Numbered from the stretch's first letter, positions 29,664-40,281 are shown. The stretch: 64,000 bases of DNA from a bacterium (GCA_043807825.1 JAZDFM010000034.1:2700-66699); one strand, 5' to 3'. The notes: generated from the letters alone by a model not told the origin. Numbers and translations: made by a program.

Positions 29664-29962
29664 ATGGCAAACTCAAAAATTTTTACTTCATTTTTCAGCA
29701 CATAATTTAATTCTGCCGCTTCCACTTCCAAATCAAAATGCGACTGCAAATTAAGCCAAAATTGCGGCGAAACATTAAAATATTTCCCCAAACGAAGAGC
29801 TGTATCCGCGGAAACAGATCGCGCGCAATGAACAATTTCATTGATTCTGCGCGGAGCGACGCCGATATCTTTTGCTAAACGATATTGGCTGATTTTAAAA
29901 GGAACTAAAAATTCTTCTCTTAAAATTTCTCCGGGATGGATCGGTTTAATTTTTTTAGCCAT
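29660..29962 (-). CDS. higA: HigA-family antitoxin
   Basis: PIHPGEILREEFL, HTH, TALRLGKYF, FWLNLQ. Confidence 0.93.
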   Translation of the reverse strand: MAKKIKPIHPGEILREEFLVPFKISQYRLAKDIGVAPRRINEIVHCARSVSADTALRLGKYFNVSPQFWLNLQSHFDLEVEAAELNYVLKNEVKIFEFAI

Positions 29963-29976
29963 ACAATTTATGATAA

Positions 29977-30261
29977 TTATAAATGATAATCAATGATTTC
30001 CACTTCATAAGCGTCTTGTTGCCGCCATTTAAAACAAATACGCCATTGATCATTGACGCGAATGCTATGCTGATCTTTTCTTTCGCCTTTTAATTTTTTT
30101 AAACAATTCGCGGGCGGTATTTTCAAATCGCTTATTGAATTCGCGGCGTTAATCATCCAAAGTTTGCGCATAGCCGTTCTTTGAATTACTGATGGCAATT
30201 TAAGCGAATATTCTCTATTGAATATTTTTTGAGTTTCTTTGCAGCCGAAACTTTTTATCAT
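29977..30261 (-). CDS. higB: HigB-family (RelE-like) toxin
   Basis: MIKSF..LKIPPAN.LKKLKGER..HSIRVNDQWRICF..VEIIDYH. Confidence 0.93.
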   Translation of the reverse strand: MIKSFGCKETQKIFNREYSLKLPSVIQRTAMRKLWMINAANSISDLKIPPANCLKKLKGERKDQHSIRVNDQWRICFKWRQQDAYEVEIIDYHL

Positions 30262-30272
30262 ACGCATTATTA

Positions 30273-30309
30273 TATTAACGCATTGAGATAATACTGTCAA
30301 GCGTTAATA
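30273..30309 (-). promoter_or_regulatory. higBA promoter/operator
   Basis: TTGACA-N17-TAATAT on the minus strand, bracketed by inverted repeat TATTAACGC/GCGTTAATA. Confidence 0.65.
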
Positions 30310-30313
30310 ATTT

Positions 30314-31459
30314 TTAAATTCTTTCTTGCCTTGTCTGCTTGCTGATATTCACCAATATACCCAAAGACGCCAAGACAGCGAGCATGGCCGAGCCGCCATA
30401 GCTTACCATAGGCAAAGGCACGCCGGTCATCGGCATTATGTTAACCATTCCGCCGATATTTATCAATGCTTGCGCCACGATGCAACTTGAAATCCCGACC
30501 GCCAAAATTTTTCCGAAATCGTCAGAAGAATTCTTGGCGATCATAACTCCGCGATAAAACAAAGCCAAATACAGCAAGATTAAGCCTGTTGAAAAAATAA
30601 AACCGGTTTCTTCGCTGATGATGGGAAAAATTGAATCGTTTTGCGCTTCGGGCAAATACAAAAATTTCTGCCGGGAAGCGCCAAATCCCCGCCCCCAAAC
30701 CCCCCCCGACCCGATTGCTATCAAAGATTGATTGATTTGATAACAATACTCCTTGGGCGAATATGACGGATCAAGCATGCACTTAAACCGATTAGCCTGA
30801 TAAGGATAAATATTTATCATAATTATCAAAGCCGCCAGCCCGAGCAATATCAAACCGGCCACATGCTTCAATTTCCCTCCGCCGATAAAATAAACAACCA
30901 AAGAAGACAAAGCGATAATGGTTAAAGTTCCCATATCCGGCTGAAGTATCATCAGCAAAGCGATCAATCCCAGAATAACCACAAACGGCCCTATGCCCTG
31001 CGAAATTTCGGCTAATTTATTTTTTCTCCCCTCAAGCCAAGCGGCTAAATAAATCAAAAAAGTAATTTTAACAAACTCCGAAGGCTGAAGAGAAAATCCG
31101 AAAATATTTATCCAGCTTCTTGATGTTCCCCAATCGCCGGCCAATCCCGGAATAAAAACCAAAAGCAACATCAATACCGAAAAAGCAAGCATTCCCAAAG
31201 CATATCTCCGCCAAATATGATAGTCAATTCTGGAAAAAACCCAAGCCGCGGCCAAACCCAAAACAAGGCCGAGAATTTGATGCTTGAAAAAATGATAGCT
31301 GTCCCCGAAAGCGTTATACGCGATAACGGAAGAAGAGCTGGAAAGCATCGCGAGCCCGAAAATCAATATGGCTCCGGCTATGAAAATAAGCGGCCTATCC
31401 GATTCATGGCCGCCTTTATAATTAACTAATTTATTAAACCAGCCAATAATTGAACTCAT
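30314..31459 (-). CDS. ftsW: SEDS peptidoglycan polymerase FtsW
   Basis: SWINI..LQPSEFVK, QPDMGT, LPEAQNDSIF, PMTGVPLPMVSYGGS. Confidence 0.93.
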   Translation of the reverse strand: MSSIIGWFNKLVNYKGGHESDRPLIFIAGAILIFGLAMLSSSSSVIAYNAFGDSYHFFKHQILGLVLGLAAAWVFSRIDYHIWRRYALGMLAFSVLMLLLVFIPGLAGDWGTSRSWINIFGFSLQPSEFVKITFLIYLAAWLEGRKNKLAEISQGIGPFVVILGLIALLMILQPDMGTLTIIALSSLVVYFIGGGKLKHVAGLILLGLAALIIMINIYPYQANRFKCMLDPSYSPKEYCYQINQSLIAIGSGGVWGRGFGASRQKFLYLPEAQNDSIFPIISEETGFIFSTGLILLYLALFYRGVMIAKNSSDDFGKILAVGISSCIVAQALINIGGMVNIMPMTGVPLPMVSYGGSAMLAVLASLGILVNISKQTRQERI

Positions 31460-31478
31460 GATAATTAAATTATATCTT

Positions 31479-32528
31479 TTACATCGTCTTATCCAGCAAA
31501 AACACAATCAACCCGATCGCCGCGCTTACTCCGGCAATAACCCAAAAACGCATGACTATTTTAGGCTCCGGCCAGCCGATGGCTTCAAAATGATGGTGAA
31601 TCGGAGAAGAAATGAATATTTTTTTTCCTCTGATTTTTTTTGACAGTTGCTGGATGATCACCGAGAAAGATTCCGCGGCGAAAACAAAACCGATAATCGG
31701 CAATATCAAAGCCGAATTGGTAAGCATGGCGATCACGCCCAAAGTTATGCCCAAGCTCATGGCTCCGGTATCGCCCATGTAAAATCTTGCCGGATTGATG
31801 TTAAACCACAAAAAAGCCAGCAAAGCTCCGACAATGACCCCGCAAAAAGCCGCCAAGTCATATTTTCCCATTGAGAAAGATATGACGCCGAAAGCCGCGA
31901 AGCACAAAAGCAAAACTCCTCCGGCCAAACCGTCAAGCCCGTCGGTTTCATTAACTGAAAAAGCCGTTGCTGTCAAAACAAAAACAAAAATCAGCATATA
32001 CGGCCAGCCGATTTGGTAATCGCCAAAAAATGGAACATGAAAAATATCCCAACCTAATTTGAAATAAAACCATAAAGCCCCGAAGCATGCTATCATCGCG
32101 TAAATAAGCAAACGATGTTTGACTTTCAATCCTCCGCCGCGCGAAACTCCCTTGCCTCTTACATCAAGCCAATCGTCAAATAAGCCGACAAGCGCGGTGG
32201 CGACCAAAGCTCCCAGCGGCAAAACAGTTTCTTTGCGGGATAAAAAATTAAGATGATTAAAAATGTCGGAGGAAAAAATTTTCGGCAAGAAATAAAAAAC
32301 AGCGGCTATTATCAAAACCGTAACCCATATTAAAATTCCGCCCATCGTAGGCGTGCCGTCTTTATGCGCGTGCAATTTGGTATAAACCGGCGTTGAACCG
32401 TTTGATCTGATTTTTTTTCCCAAATTGTATTTATACAAATAATGCGTAAGCAATGGCGTCCAAAAAATAGCGAAAATAAACGCCAGCGCCGTTAAAAACA
32501 AAATTTTTATCACATAAAAATCAAACAT
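31479..32528 (-). CDS. mraY: phospho-MurNAc-pentapeptide transferase
   Basis: KDGTPTMGG, NETDGLDGL, MGDTG, PIHHHFE. Confidence 0.97.
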   Translation of the reverse strand: MFDFYVIKILFLTALAFIFAIFWTPLLTHYLYKYNLGKKIRSNGSTPVYTKLHAHKDGTPTMGGILIWVTVLIIAAVFYFLPKIFSSDIFNHLNFLSRKETVLPLGALVATALVGLFDDWLDVRGKGVSRGGGLKVKHRLLIYAMIACFGALWFYFKLGWDIFHVPFFGDYQIGWPYMLIFVFVLTATAFSVNETDGLDGLAGGVLLLCFAAFGVISFSMGKYDLAAFCGVIVGALLAFLWFNINPARFYMGDTGAMSLGITLGVIAMLTNSALILPIIGFVFAAESFSVIIQQLSKKIRGKKIFISSPIHHHFEAIGWPEPKIVMRFWVIAGVSAAIGLIVFLLDKTM

Positions 32529-32532
32529 ATCT

Positions 32533-32946
32533 TTATCTGAAATTGACTAAATATATGGCAATGGTTCCGGCGATCAGAAATAAATTGGCCAATATTGAAA
32601 AGCCGAATAACAAATGAATTAAAAATTTATTGCTCCTGAAAATATTTAAAAGCAAAATAAAATTTATCACTATAAACGACAAGCCGAGAGTCGGAATAAT
32701 ATATATATCCCTCGCCGCGCCGATTAAATTCACGCCCAAATTCACATTATAATGCAAAACAACGAGATTTTGGCTCACATTATTATTGATATATAACGCC
32801 AAGAGCCAATTTACAATATTCAAAAAAAACAAAGACGCCAAATATATCCTTACAAACACGAATCTCAACAGCTGAAAAACAGCCTGCGCCAGCCTTTCCC
32901 GGCTCAAATACAGATAATTTAATATTTTACTGCTGCCGATATCCAT
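32533..32946 (-). CDS. conserved hypothetical membrane protein
   Basis: 3 TM segments, LHYNVNLGVNLIG motif; first gene of the dcw block. Confidence 0.75.
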   Translation of the reverse strand: MDIGSSKILNYLYLSRERLAQAVFQLLRFVFVRIYLASLFFLNIVNWLLALYINNNVSQNLVVLHYNVNLGVNLIGAARDIYIIPTLGLSFIVINFILLLNIFRSNKFLIHLLFGFSILANLFLIAGTIAIYLVNFR

Positions 32947-33032
32947 GAATTCAATTTAACATATTTCTGATAAAAAACAAATACAGTCTCCGCGGCTATG
33001 CTTTATTTATAATTTTATGCTATAATAATTAC

Positions 33033-34754
33033 ATGCTGTCAAATCAACAATTGAAAAAAATATTGGAAAAATCGGATATTATTCCGGCGCAAGAATTTGA
33101 AAAATTTTCCAAAGAAGCGGAAAAATGCGGAAAAACTTTGGAAAATTATTTAATTGAAAAAAAAATAACAACCGCCGATTGTCTTTATGAAAACGCCGCG
33201 AGCTATTTCAAAGTGCCTTTTATCAATTTGAAAGACCAAAATATAAGAAAAGATGTTTTATTCAGCATCCCCGAACCTATCGCCTCAACGCATAAAGTTA
33301 TCGCTTTTGATTCAAACGATAAAGAAATAAAAATTGCCACTCTGAATCCCGAAGACATGGAAATTTTTGAATTTATAGGGAAAAAAACCAATTTAAAGCC
33401 CGTCATTTATCTGACCGCTCCGGAAAATCTTAAAGAAGCCATTAAACAATACCACAAAAGCTTGAAAGCCGAATTCAAGGATTTTGAAGAAAATAACATT
33501 AACTCCGGAGATGAAAATCTCAAAAAATTAGCTGAAAACCTGCCCATTGTCCGAATTGTTGACACGCTTTTGGAATACGCGATTTTTGAAGGCGCGAGCG
33601 ATATCCATATAGAGCCGGAAGAAAAAGATGTCATAGCGCGCTACCGCATTGACGGAATTTTAAGGACCGTAATGACATTGCCAAAAAATGTCCAACCCGG
33701 AATTATCGCGAGAATAAAAATATTGGCGAATTTGAAAATTGACGAACATCGCCTTCCGCAAGACGGCCGGTTTAAAATAAGCTCCAAAGAATACAAAGTT
33801 TCTTTCAGAGTTTCAATTATTCCGACTTTTGACGGAGAAAAAATCGTCATGCGATTGCTTAGCGAAAAAGCGCAAGCCTTAAGCCTTGAACAGCTTGGGC
33901 TTCAGCCTTCGGCCCTTGAATCAATCAAAAGAAATATCTCCAAGCCCCATGGAATGATTTTGGTAACCGGCCCCACAGGCTCGGGAAAAACAACAACGCT
34001 TTACACGATGATGAATATTTTAAACACTCCGGAAGTGAACATCGTGACTATTGAAGATCCGATTGAATACAGAATGCCCCGCGTCAACCAATCGCAAGTA
34101 AATCCGAAAATCGGCTATTCGTTCGCGGCCGGATTAAGAGCTTTCTTAAGGCAAGACCCCAATATCATCATGGTCGGGGAAATTCGCGACCAGGAAACAG
34201 CGGAAATAGCGATTCACGCCGCTATGACCGGGCATTTGGTTTTATCAACTTTGCATACCAACGACGCCATCACATCGCTACCCCGCCTTTCGGACATGGG
34301 AGTGCCAGCGTTTTTGGTGGCGTCAACGACAAATATCATAATAGCTCAAAGGCTTGTGAGAAAAATATGCCCGAATTGCATTCAGAGCTACAAATTGGAC
34401 AAACAGACAATCAACGAATTAAAAAAACAAATTGACCTTGAAAATATCATGCGGACGCTGGAAGAGAAAAAAATAATCGCCAATGCCAAACAAGGCATAG
34501 AATCTCTGCTGTTTTACAGGGGGAAAGGATGCAAACAATGCTCAAGCTCCGGCTACAAAGGAAGAATGGGAATCTATGAAGTTTTGGAAATCACCAAAGA
34601 AATGTCCGAGCTGATACTGAAAAAAGCTTCTCTATCAGACCTTAAAAAGCAATCGGAAAAACAAAATATGCTCACGATAGTTGAAGACGGATTCATCAAG
34701 GCCAAAAACGGCATTACAACAATTGAAGAAATAATGAGAGTCACAAAAGAATAA
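33033..34754 (+). CDS. pilB: type IV pilus assembly ATPase PilB/GspE
   Basis: ASDIHIEP, GPTGSGKTT, EDPIEY, RQDPNIIMVGEIRD, Zn motifs CPNC/CKQC. Confidence 0.95.
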   Translation: MLSNQQLKKILEKSDIIPAQEFEKFSKEAEKCGKTLENYLIEKKITTADCLYENAASYFKVPFINLKDQNIRKDVLFSIPEPIASTHKVIAFDSNDKEIKIATLNPEDMEIFEFIGKKTNLKPVIYLTAPENLKEAIKQYHKSLKAEFKDFEENNINSGDENLKKLAENLPIVRIVDTLLEYAIFEGASDIHIEPEEKDVIARYRIDGILRTVMTLPKNVQPGIIARIKILANLKIDEHRLPQDGRFKISSKEYKVSFRVSIIPTFDGEKIVMRLLSEKAQALSLEQLGLQPSALESIKRNISKPHGMILVTGPTGSGKTTTLYTMMNILNTPEVNIVTIEDPIEYRMPRVNQSQVNPKIGYSFAAGLRAFLRQDPNIIMVGEIRDQETAEIAIHAAMTGHLVLSTLHTNDAITSLPRLSDMGVPAFLVASTTNIIIAQRLVRKICPNCIQSYKLDKQTINELKKQIDLENIMRTLEEKKIIANAKQGIESLLFYRGKGCKQCSSSGYKGRMGIYEVLEITKEMSELILKKASLSDLKKQSEKQNMLTIVEDGFIKAKNGITTIEEIMRVTKE

Positions 34755-34758
34755 TTTT

Positions 34759-35922
34759 ATGCCGATAAATTTCCCCCAAAAAAACGAACAGCCGGATCAA
34801 GCCGGGCAAAAAACGGAATCGCCGGAAAAAATCAATTCCATTAAAAACGCCATTGACAGAATAAACATTTTTTTGGAAAAATTTTCTCCTATTCCGATTT
34901 CCGAAAAATTATTTTTTGTCCAGCATTTAGGGATAATGCTCAAAGCCGGAATTTCTTTGTCAACCGCTCTGAAAACTTTATCAAAGCAGACAAGCAATAA
35001 AAAATTCTCAAAAATAATAACCGGAATTTCAAAAAATGTTGAAAAAGGGGTGAGCTTCACCGAGAGCCTCAAGCCTTATGAAAAAATTTTCGGCCAGCTT
35101 TTTATCAATATGATAGAATCCGGCGAAATTTCCGGAAAATTGGAAGAAGTGCTGAAAAGGCTGTATATACAATTCAAAAAAAACCATGAAATTGTTTCAA
35201 AAGTAAGAGGGGCGCTCACTTATCCGATTGTCATTTTGACAGCCATGGCTGGCATCGGAATATTCATGATGATATCGGTAATTCCGAAAATCACCTCCAT
35301 GTTCAAAGATTTTGACGCCGAACTGCCTTTGGCCACGAAACTGCTCATCAAATTATCGGACAGTTTGATAGCCAACGGACTGCTTTATCTGGCGGGATTT
35401 ATTGTTTTCATAATTATTATAATAAAATTGATCAAAACAACAAAAGGAAAATATATTTTTGACGGGCTTATTTTAAAAACGCCGATTTTTTCCGCCATAG
35501 TCAAAAAAATAAATCTCGCCCGTTTCGCGCGGACTATCAGCTCTCTTTTAAAAACAGACATCATGTTAGTCAAGAGCTTTCAAATAACCGCCAATATCCT
35601 CGGCAACTCGCATTACAAGGAAGCTTTGAACCAAATGGGAGATAAAATAAAAAAAGGAGGCACCATCAATGAAGTTATCGCGAACCATGAAAAATTATTT
35701 CCGCCGGTTGTGGCGCAAATGATTTCAATAGGAGAAGACACCGGCGAGCTTGATTATATACTTGAAGAGCTGGCCGAATTTTACGAAGGTGAAATAGACC
35801 AAACCATGAATAACCTGCCTTCAATCATTGAGCCTATTTTAATATTGTTTTTGGGATTGATTGTGGGCGGAATGGCCGTGGCGGTGATTATGCCGATGTA
35901 TTCTTTAACTTCAGCCATATGA
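34759..35922 (+). CDS. pilC: type IV pilus platform protein PilC/GspF
   Basis: ESGEISGKL, ALTYP, IGEDTGEL, IIEP..VIMPMY. Confidence 0.95.
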   Translation: MPINFPQKNEQPDQAGQKTESPEKINSIKNAIDRINIFLEKFSPIPISEKLFFVQHLGIMLKAGISLSTALKTLSKQTSNKKFSKIITGISKNVEKGVSFTESLKPYEKIFGQLFINMIESGEISGKLEEVLKRLYIQFKKNHEIVSKVRGALTYPIVILTAMAGIGIFMMISVIPKITSMFKDFDAELPLATKLLIKLSDSLIANGLLYLAGFIVFIIIIIKLIKTTKGKYIFDGLILKTPIFSAIVKKINLARFARTISSLLKTDIMLVKSFQITANILGNSHYKEALNQMGDKIKKGGTINEVIANHEKLFPPVVAQMISIGEDTGELDYILEELAEFYEGEIDQTMNNLPSIIEPILILFLGLIVGGMAVAVIMPMYSLTSAI

Positions 35923-36371
35923 TTTTTCATAAAAACAACCGCGGGAGCATGCTGATTGATGTGATTGTCGCGCTCGGAATTATCGCTCTCATGTCAACAC
36001 TGGCCATACCTTACATAAAAAAATACCAGCCGAATTTAAAATTGAACGCGGACGCGCGCAATCTGGCGTCGGATTTAAGATACGCCCAGCAGTTAACGAT
36101 AACGGAACAAAAAATCCATATAACAAGCTTTGACTTGATAAATAACAAATATGACATTTTAAAAATTGACGCCGCCACCACTACGGTAAAAACGGTTTTT
36201 TTTGATCCGGAAGTGAGCTTCAAGCAAATTACGGGGCTGGCGAACGATCAAGCCGTTTTTAATTTTTACGGCGGCGTAAGCCAGTCCGGGCAAATAATTT
36301 TAACCAATATCAACAACATTGACGCCGTGATCAACATAAAACCGTCCGGATATATTCAATTAACCGAATAA
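35919..36371 (+). CDS. FimT/GspH-like minor pilin
   Basis: Class III signal RG|SMLID; DLRYAQQ. Confidence 0.8.
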   Translation: MIFHKNNRGSMLIDVIVALGIIALMSTLAIPYIKKYQPNLKLNADARNLASDLRYAQQLTITEQKIHITSFDLINNKYDILKIDAATTTVKTVFFDPEVSFKQITGLANDQAVFNFYGGVSQSGQIILTNINNIDAVINIKPSGYIQLTE

Positions 36372-36373
36372 AA

Positions 36374-36814
36374 ATGAATTTCAAATATATTAAAAAACTT
36401 TATTGCCAAAAAGGCATAATGCTGATTGAAATCATGGTGTCTTTTACAATATTGGTAATCGCTTTCATCGCTTTGATGCAAGTTTATCCTTTCAGCGCGG
36501 CCATCAACAAATCAGCCGAAAACGCCACTAAAGCTTCTTACGCCGCCCAAATGAAAATTGAAGAGCTTAATTCTCTCGGTTATGATAATATCGGCGTCGG
36601 CGTCGTAGAAGACAAACATCGCTTATCGGATGATTCTTCAAATTATTTATATTTTTTTCAAAGGCAAACTTCAGTGGATTATGTTGACGGTAATTTGCAA
36701 AACAGCGCTTCAAACACCGGACTGAAAAAAATCACCGTCACGGTTTATTACACGGCCGACCTGTTGAAAACCGAGAAATCTTACGCTACTTATTCTTTAA
36801 TATCCCGCTGGTGA
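36374..36814 (+). CDS. PilV-like minor pilin
   Basis: KG|IMLIEIMV; LKKITVTV. Confidence 0.8.
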   Translation: MNFKYIKKLYCQKGIMLIEIMVSFTILVIAFIALMQVYPFSAAINKSAENATKASYAAQMKIEELNSLGYDNIGVGVVEDKHRLSDDSSNYLYFFQRQTSVDYVDGNLQNSASNTGLKKITVTVYYTADLLKTEKSYATYSLISRW

Positions 36815-36815
36815 T

Positions 36816-37409
36816 ATGAAACAAAAAAAACTATCCGCCAAAAACTCCGATCCAAAGGGATTTACCCTGCTGGAAATAATCGTCAGCTTATCGCTTTTCG
36901 TAATTATCGTCATTTTAGTCAATGAAATTTACGCGGCTTCTCAACGATCTTACGATCAAAATTCCGGCCAAGGAGAATTGTCGCAAAATGTCAGAGTGTC
37001 TTTTGACCGGATGTCCAGAGAATTAAGGCAATCAAACAGCATTATCACGGCTTTGCCCGCGTCAAAGGATGATCCGTCAAACCCTCCGGCCGAACAGCTT
37101 TTTTTTCAAGACGGCCACGATGCCGATCTTATCACTTATATCCGCTATTATCTTAACGGTTCCGACTTGATGAGGCAGAGCAAAGCGTATTATTTTGACA
37201 CCGATCCTTCAACTTATGTCGCTTACAACAGCCTTGACTATGGAGGCTACCCGCCGAACGAATTGGTTATTGATGACAGAATAATCGGGGAATATTTCAA
37301 CGGCATAAAATTTTGGGGTTCAAACGGAGTTATCAACATGGAATTGAATTTGCTAAAAAACCAAAATTCGCTCAATATTGAAACTTTAATTTACAGCCGA
37401 AACCGCTAA
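36816..37409 (+). CDS. PilW-like minor pilin
   Basis: KG|FTLLEIIV; DRMSRELRQ. Confidence 0.85.
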   Translation: MKQKKLSAKNSDPKGFTLLEIIVSLSLFVIIVILVNEIYAASQRSYDQNSGQGELSQNVRVSFDRMSRELRQSNSIITALPASKDDPSNPPAEQLFFQDGHDADLITYIRYYLNGSDLMRQSKAYYFDTDPSTYVAYNSLDYGGYPPNELVIDDRIIGEYFNGIKFWGSNGVINMELNLLKNQNSLNIETLIYSRNR

Positions 37410-37412
37410 ATT

Positions 37413-38651
37413 ATGGCGATAATAAATAATTTCAAAAAAAACAAAGGCATAGCGCTGATTTTAACGATACTGATAATGAACATGATTTTATTTTTGTCAT
37501 TATATATTTTAACTTCTTCTCTTACGGAAAGCCGGATCGCCAAAAGCCAATCAATCGGCGCCAAAACTTATTATTTGTCCGAAGCCGGCGCGCAAGACAT
37601 GATTTGGAAATTAAAAAACGACCCGGCTTACAAAACAAATTTTGAAACAAACCCCGCATGGACAGCCAATTTTACCAGAACCGACCCTTTCGGCGCCAAC
37701 AGCGGCAGCTATACCGCCAGCATAGTTAATTCAAGTTTAGCGCACGGCGAAATAACCGCCTCCAGTTCAATCGCCATCGGCGGCGGCAAATACAGCCGAA
37801 GAGTGATAAAAACTAAAATTTATAAAGCCATCGGCAATTCTTTGCTGGGCGATATCGCCGGCTACGGAGATCATGACATTGAAATTTCCAACAGCGCTCT
37901 CAACATTTACAATGGAGGCATTCATGCCAATCATGATTTTAAAGCCAAACAAAACAGCGCGGCTTACATTGAAAAAAATTTATCGGTCGTACACGATTAC
38001 TCCGAAGACATAAGCTCCACTATCACCGTCGGCGGCAATATTTATTCGCAAGACAATCCTCCGGCTCCCGATGCCATAGATATGCCGGCGATTGATTTTG
38101 ATTCTCATCAGCCGACTTCTTATAAAAACAAAGCCGACATAATTTATGACGATGATGATTTTGAAGATTTGATGAGAAACAACCAAACCCTGATATTGAA
38201 CGATGATATTACATATATAGACAAAGATGTGAGATTAAGAGGCGGGCAGAATTTAATAATCAACGGCTTACTTGTGATTGAACACGATTTGGAAGTCGGC
38301 AAAGACAGATGCTGGGAGTCGCGTTGCGGCAACAGCTCAATCACTGTGAACAACACTCCGGGCAAAGCCTCCGGCATTTTGGTAAAACATAAAATTGAAT
38401 TTAAAGAATGGACCGGCGATGTGAACGCCAGCGGATTGATTTACGCCAGCCAAGACATAAAAATAGACGGATTGCCGTCCGGCTATAATTTTAATGTTTC
38501 CGGAGCCTTGATCGGCGGGCATGATTTAGACATTAACAGTTCCGCTCGGGCGATAAATATCACCAAAAATGACGACACCTTCGTCGGCGTTATCGGATCC
38601 GCCGAATTTTCACCCATCATCATGGTTGAACACTGGGAAGAAGAATATTAA
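37413..38651 (+). CDS. PilX-like minor pilin with large C-terminal domain
   Basis: KG|IALIL (no Glu5), YYLSEAG, ends WEEEY. Confidence 0.8.
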   Translation: MAIINNFKKNKGIALILTILIMNMILFLSLYILTSSLTESRIAKSQSIGAKTYYLSEAGAQDMIWKLKNDPAYKTNFETNPAWTANFTRTDPFGANSGSYTASIVNSSLAHGEITASSSIAIGGGKYSRRVIKTKIYKAIGNSLLGDIAGYGDHDIEISNSALNIYNGGIHANHDFKAKQNSAAYIEKNLSVVHDYSEDISSTITVGGNIYSQDNPPAPDAIDMPAIDFDSHQPTSYKNKADIIYDDDDFEDLMRNNQTLILNDDITYIDKDVRLRGGQNLIINGLLVIEHDLEVGKDRCWESRCGNSSITVNNTPGKASGILVKHKIEFKEWTGDVNASGLIYASQDIKIDGLPSGYNFNVSGALIGGHDLDINSSARAINITKNDDTFVGVIGSAEFSPIIMVEHWEEEY

Positions 38652-38681
38652 AATTTTTCATATTATGCTATAATTCACAAT

Positions 38682-39743
38682 ATGCTATTAACCAACAATT
38701 CAAATTATCCAGTGGGTTTGGATATTTCGGATTTGTCTTTAAAGCTTGTCCAGCTTGGCAAAAACGGGAATAAAATAAAAATTCAGGCAGTAAGCAGATT
38801 GGATCTCGCGCCGGGCGTTATAGCGAACGGCGAAATAAAAAATAAAACAGAACTTGTCAAATCCATCAAAAAAATAATATCCGATCCGATATACGGAAAA
38901 ATCAGCTCGGAAGAAGTCGTTGCCTGCCTTCCGGAATCAAAAACTTTCATCAAGCTGATTGAGATACAAAAAACCCCCAATAATTTAAACGACATAATAT
39001 GCCACGAAATTGAAAAGCATGTGCCGATGTCCGTTGAGGAAATTTATTACGACTGGCAGATTATTGAAGCTGTCGGGGATAAATATTCCGTTCTGATCGG
39101 AGCCGCGCCTAAAAATATAGTCAACCAATACACTGAAATTCTCGGCGAAGCGAAATTATATCCGGTAGCGCTTGAAATAGAGCCTGTTCCGATATGCCGA
39201 TGCCTGCTTAAGCAGGAAATAAAAGGCAACTTCGGCATTATAGATATCGGAGCGAAACACACTTGCATGATATTTTATTCGGGCAATACCATACTTTTCA
39301 CCGTGAGCATGCCGGTTTCGGGAGAAGAGATAACTTCAAAAATAATGCAAGCTCTGAATATGCCGAAAAATCAAGCTGAAAAAGCGAAAATCATCTGCGG
39401 ATTGGATGAAAGCAAGGCCGACGGAGTAATTAAAAAAATATTGGCCGACACGATAGAAAATTTGGTTGAAAAAATAAAAGAAGCGCTTGATTTTTATGAA
39501 AACTATTTCGGCTCGCGCGGCAAATTGGACAAAATTTTGCTGTGCGGAGGCGGATCCAACATACCCGATCTCGGAAAAATAATCAGTGAAAAAATTTCCA
39601 TTAAAACAACCGCGTCGGATGTTTTGGCCAATCTTTCGGAGCCGAAAAACAAATTTGACGAAGCTCTGAAGCAAAAAACCAATTCGTCTTTCGCTACGGC
39701 CGTGGGGCTGGCTTTGAGGGGAATATTCATAGATGAATTATAA
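38682..39743 (+). CDS. pilM: type IV pilus assembly protein PilM
   Basis: GLDISDLSLKL, IDIGA, LCGGGS, AVGLALR. Confidence 0.93.
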   Translation: MLLTNNSNYPVGLDISDLSLKLVQLGKNGNKIKIQAVSRLDLAPGVIANGEIKNKTELVKSIKKIISDPIYGKISSEEVVACLPESKTFIKLIEIQKTPNNLNDIICHEIEKHVPMSVEEIYYDWQIIEAVGDKYSVLIGAAPKNIVNQYTEILGEAKLYPVALEIEPVPICRCLLKQEIKGNFGIIDIGAKHTCMIFYSGNTILFTVSMPVSGEEITSKIMQALNMPKNQAEKAKIICGLDESKADGVIKKILADTIENLVEKIKEALDFYENYFGSRGKLDKILLCGGGSNIPDLGKIISEKISIKTTASDVLANLSEPKNKFDEALKQKTNSSFATAVGLALRGIFIDEL

Positions 39744-39747
39744 ATTT

Positions 39748-40281
39748 ATGCTTTCGCTAAACCTTATTTCGGATGAATTGAAAAATGAAATAAAATTGCG
39801 CCGGCTTTACTTATTCATTAAAAAAATCGGCTTGGTTTTGATTACCATAGCCATTTTCACCGCGACTATCTTGTTAACCGCGAAAATCATATTGCAAATA
39901 AAATTCAACGATACCGTCAATCAAATGACTTTAGTCACCAAGAACAACCAAGGCTACAACAACAAAGTGAGGGTCATAAACGGAAAAATAAATTTTGCGG
40001 AAAAAGTGCAAAATGATTTCGTGCCATGGTCAAACGCCCTTAAAATAATCTCCGAAATAACGCCTATCGGAATCAATTTGAATTACCTTAAAATCAATCT
40101 CGGAGAACAATCCGTGAAAATCAAAGGCAAAGCCGGCTTGCGCGAAAATTTGCTTGATTTCAAGCAAAATATGGAAAACTCGGAAATTTTCAAAGACATT
40201 GATTTTCCGATTAAAAATATCCTAGAAAAAGAAAACATAGATTTTGAAATAAATTCAAAAATAAATTATGAACGGCTATAA
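39748..40281 (+). CDS. PilN-like protein
   Basis: LNL.., TM, coiled coil, PWS..TP.GI; follows pilM. Confidence 0.8.
   Translation: MLSLNLISDELKNEIKLRRLYLFIKKIGLVLITIAIFTATILLTAKIILQIKFNDTVNQMTLVTKNNQGYNNKVRVINGKINFAEKVQNDFVPWSNALKIISEITPIGINLNYLKINLGEQSVKIKGKAGLRENLLDFKQNMENSEIFKDIDFPIKNILEKENIDFEINSKINYERL

Noticed and set aside
30689-30707. C-runs in ftsW as a phase-variation tract
   Set aside because: They encode the conserved GSGGxxGxG motif of an essential gene.
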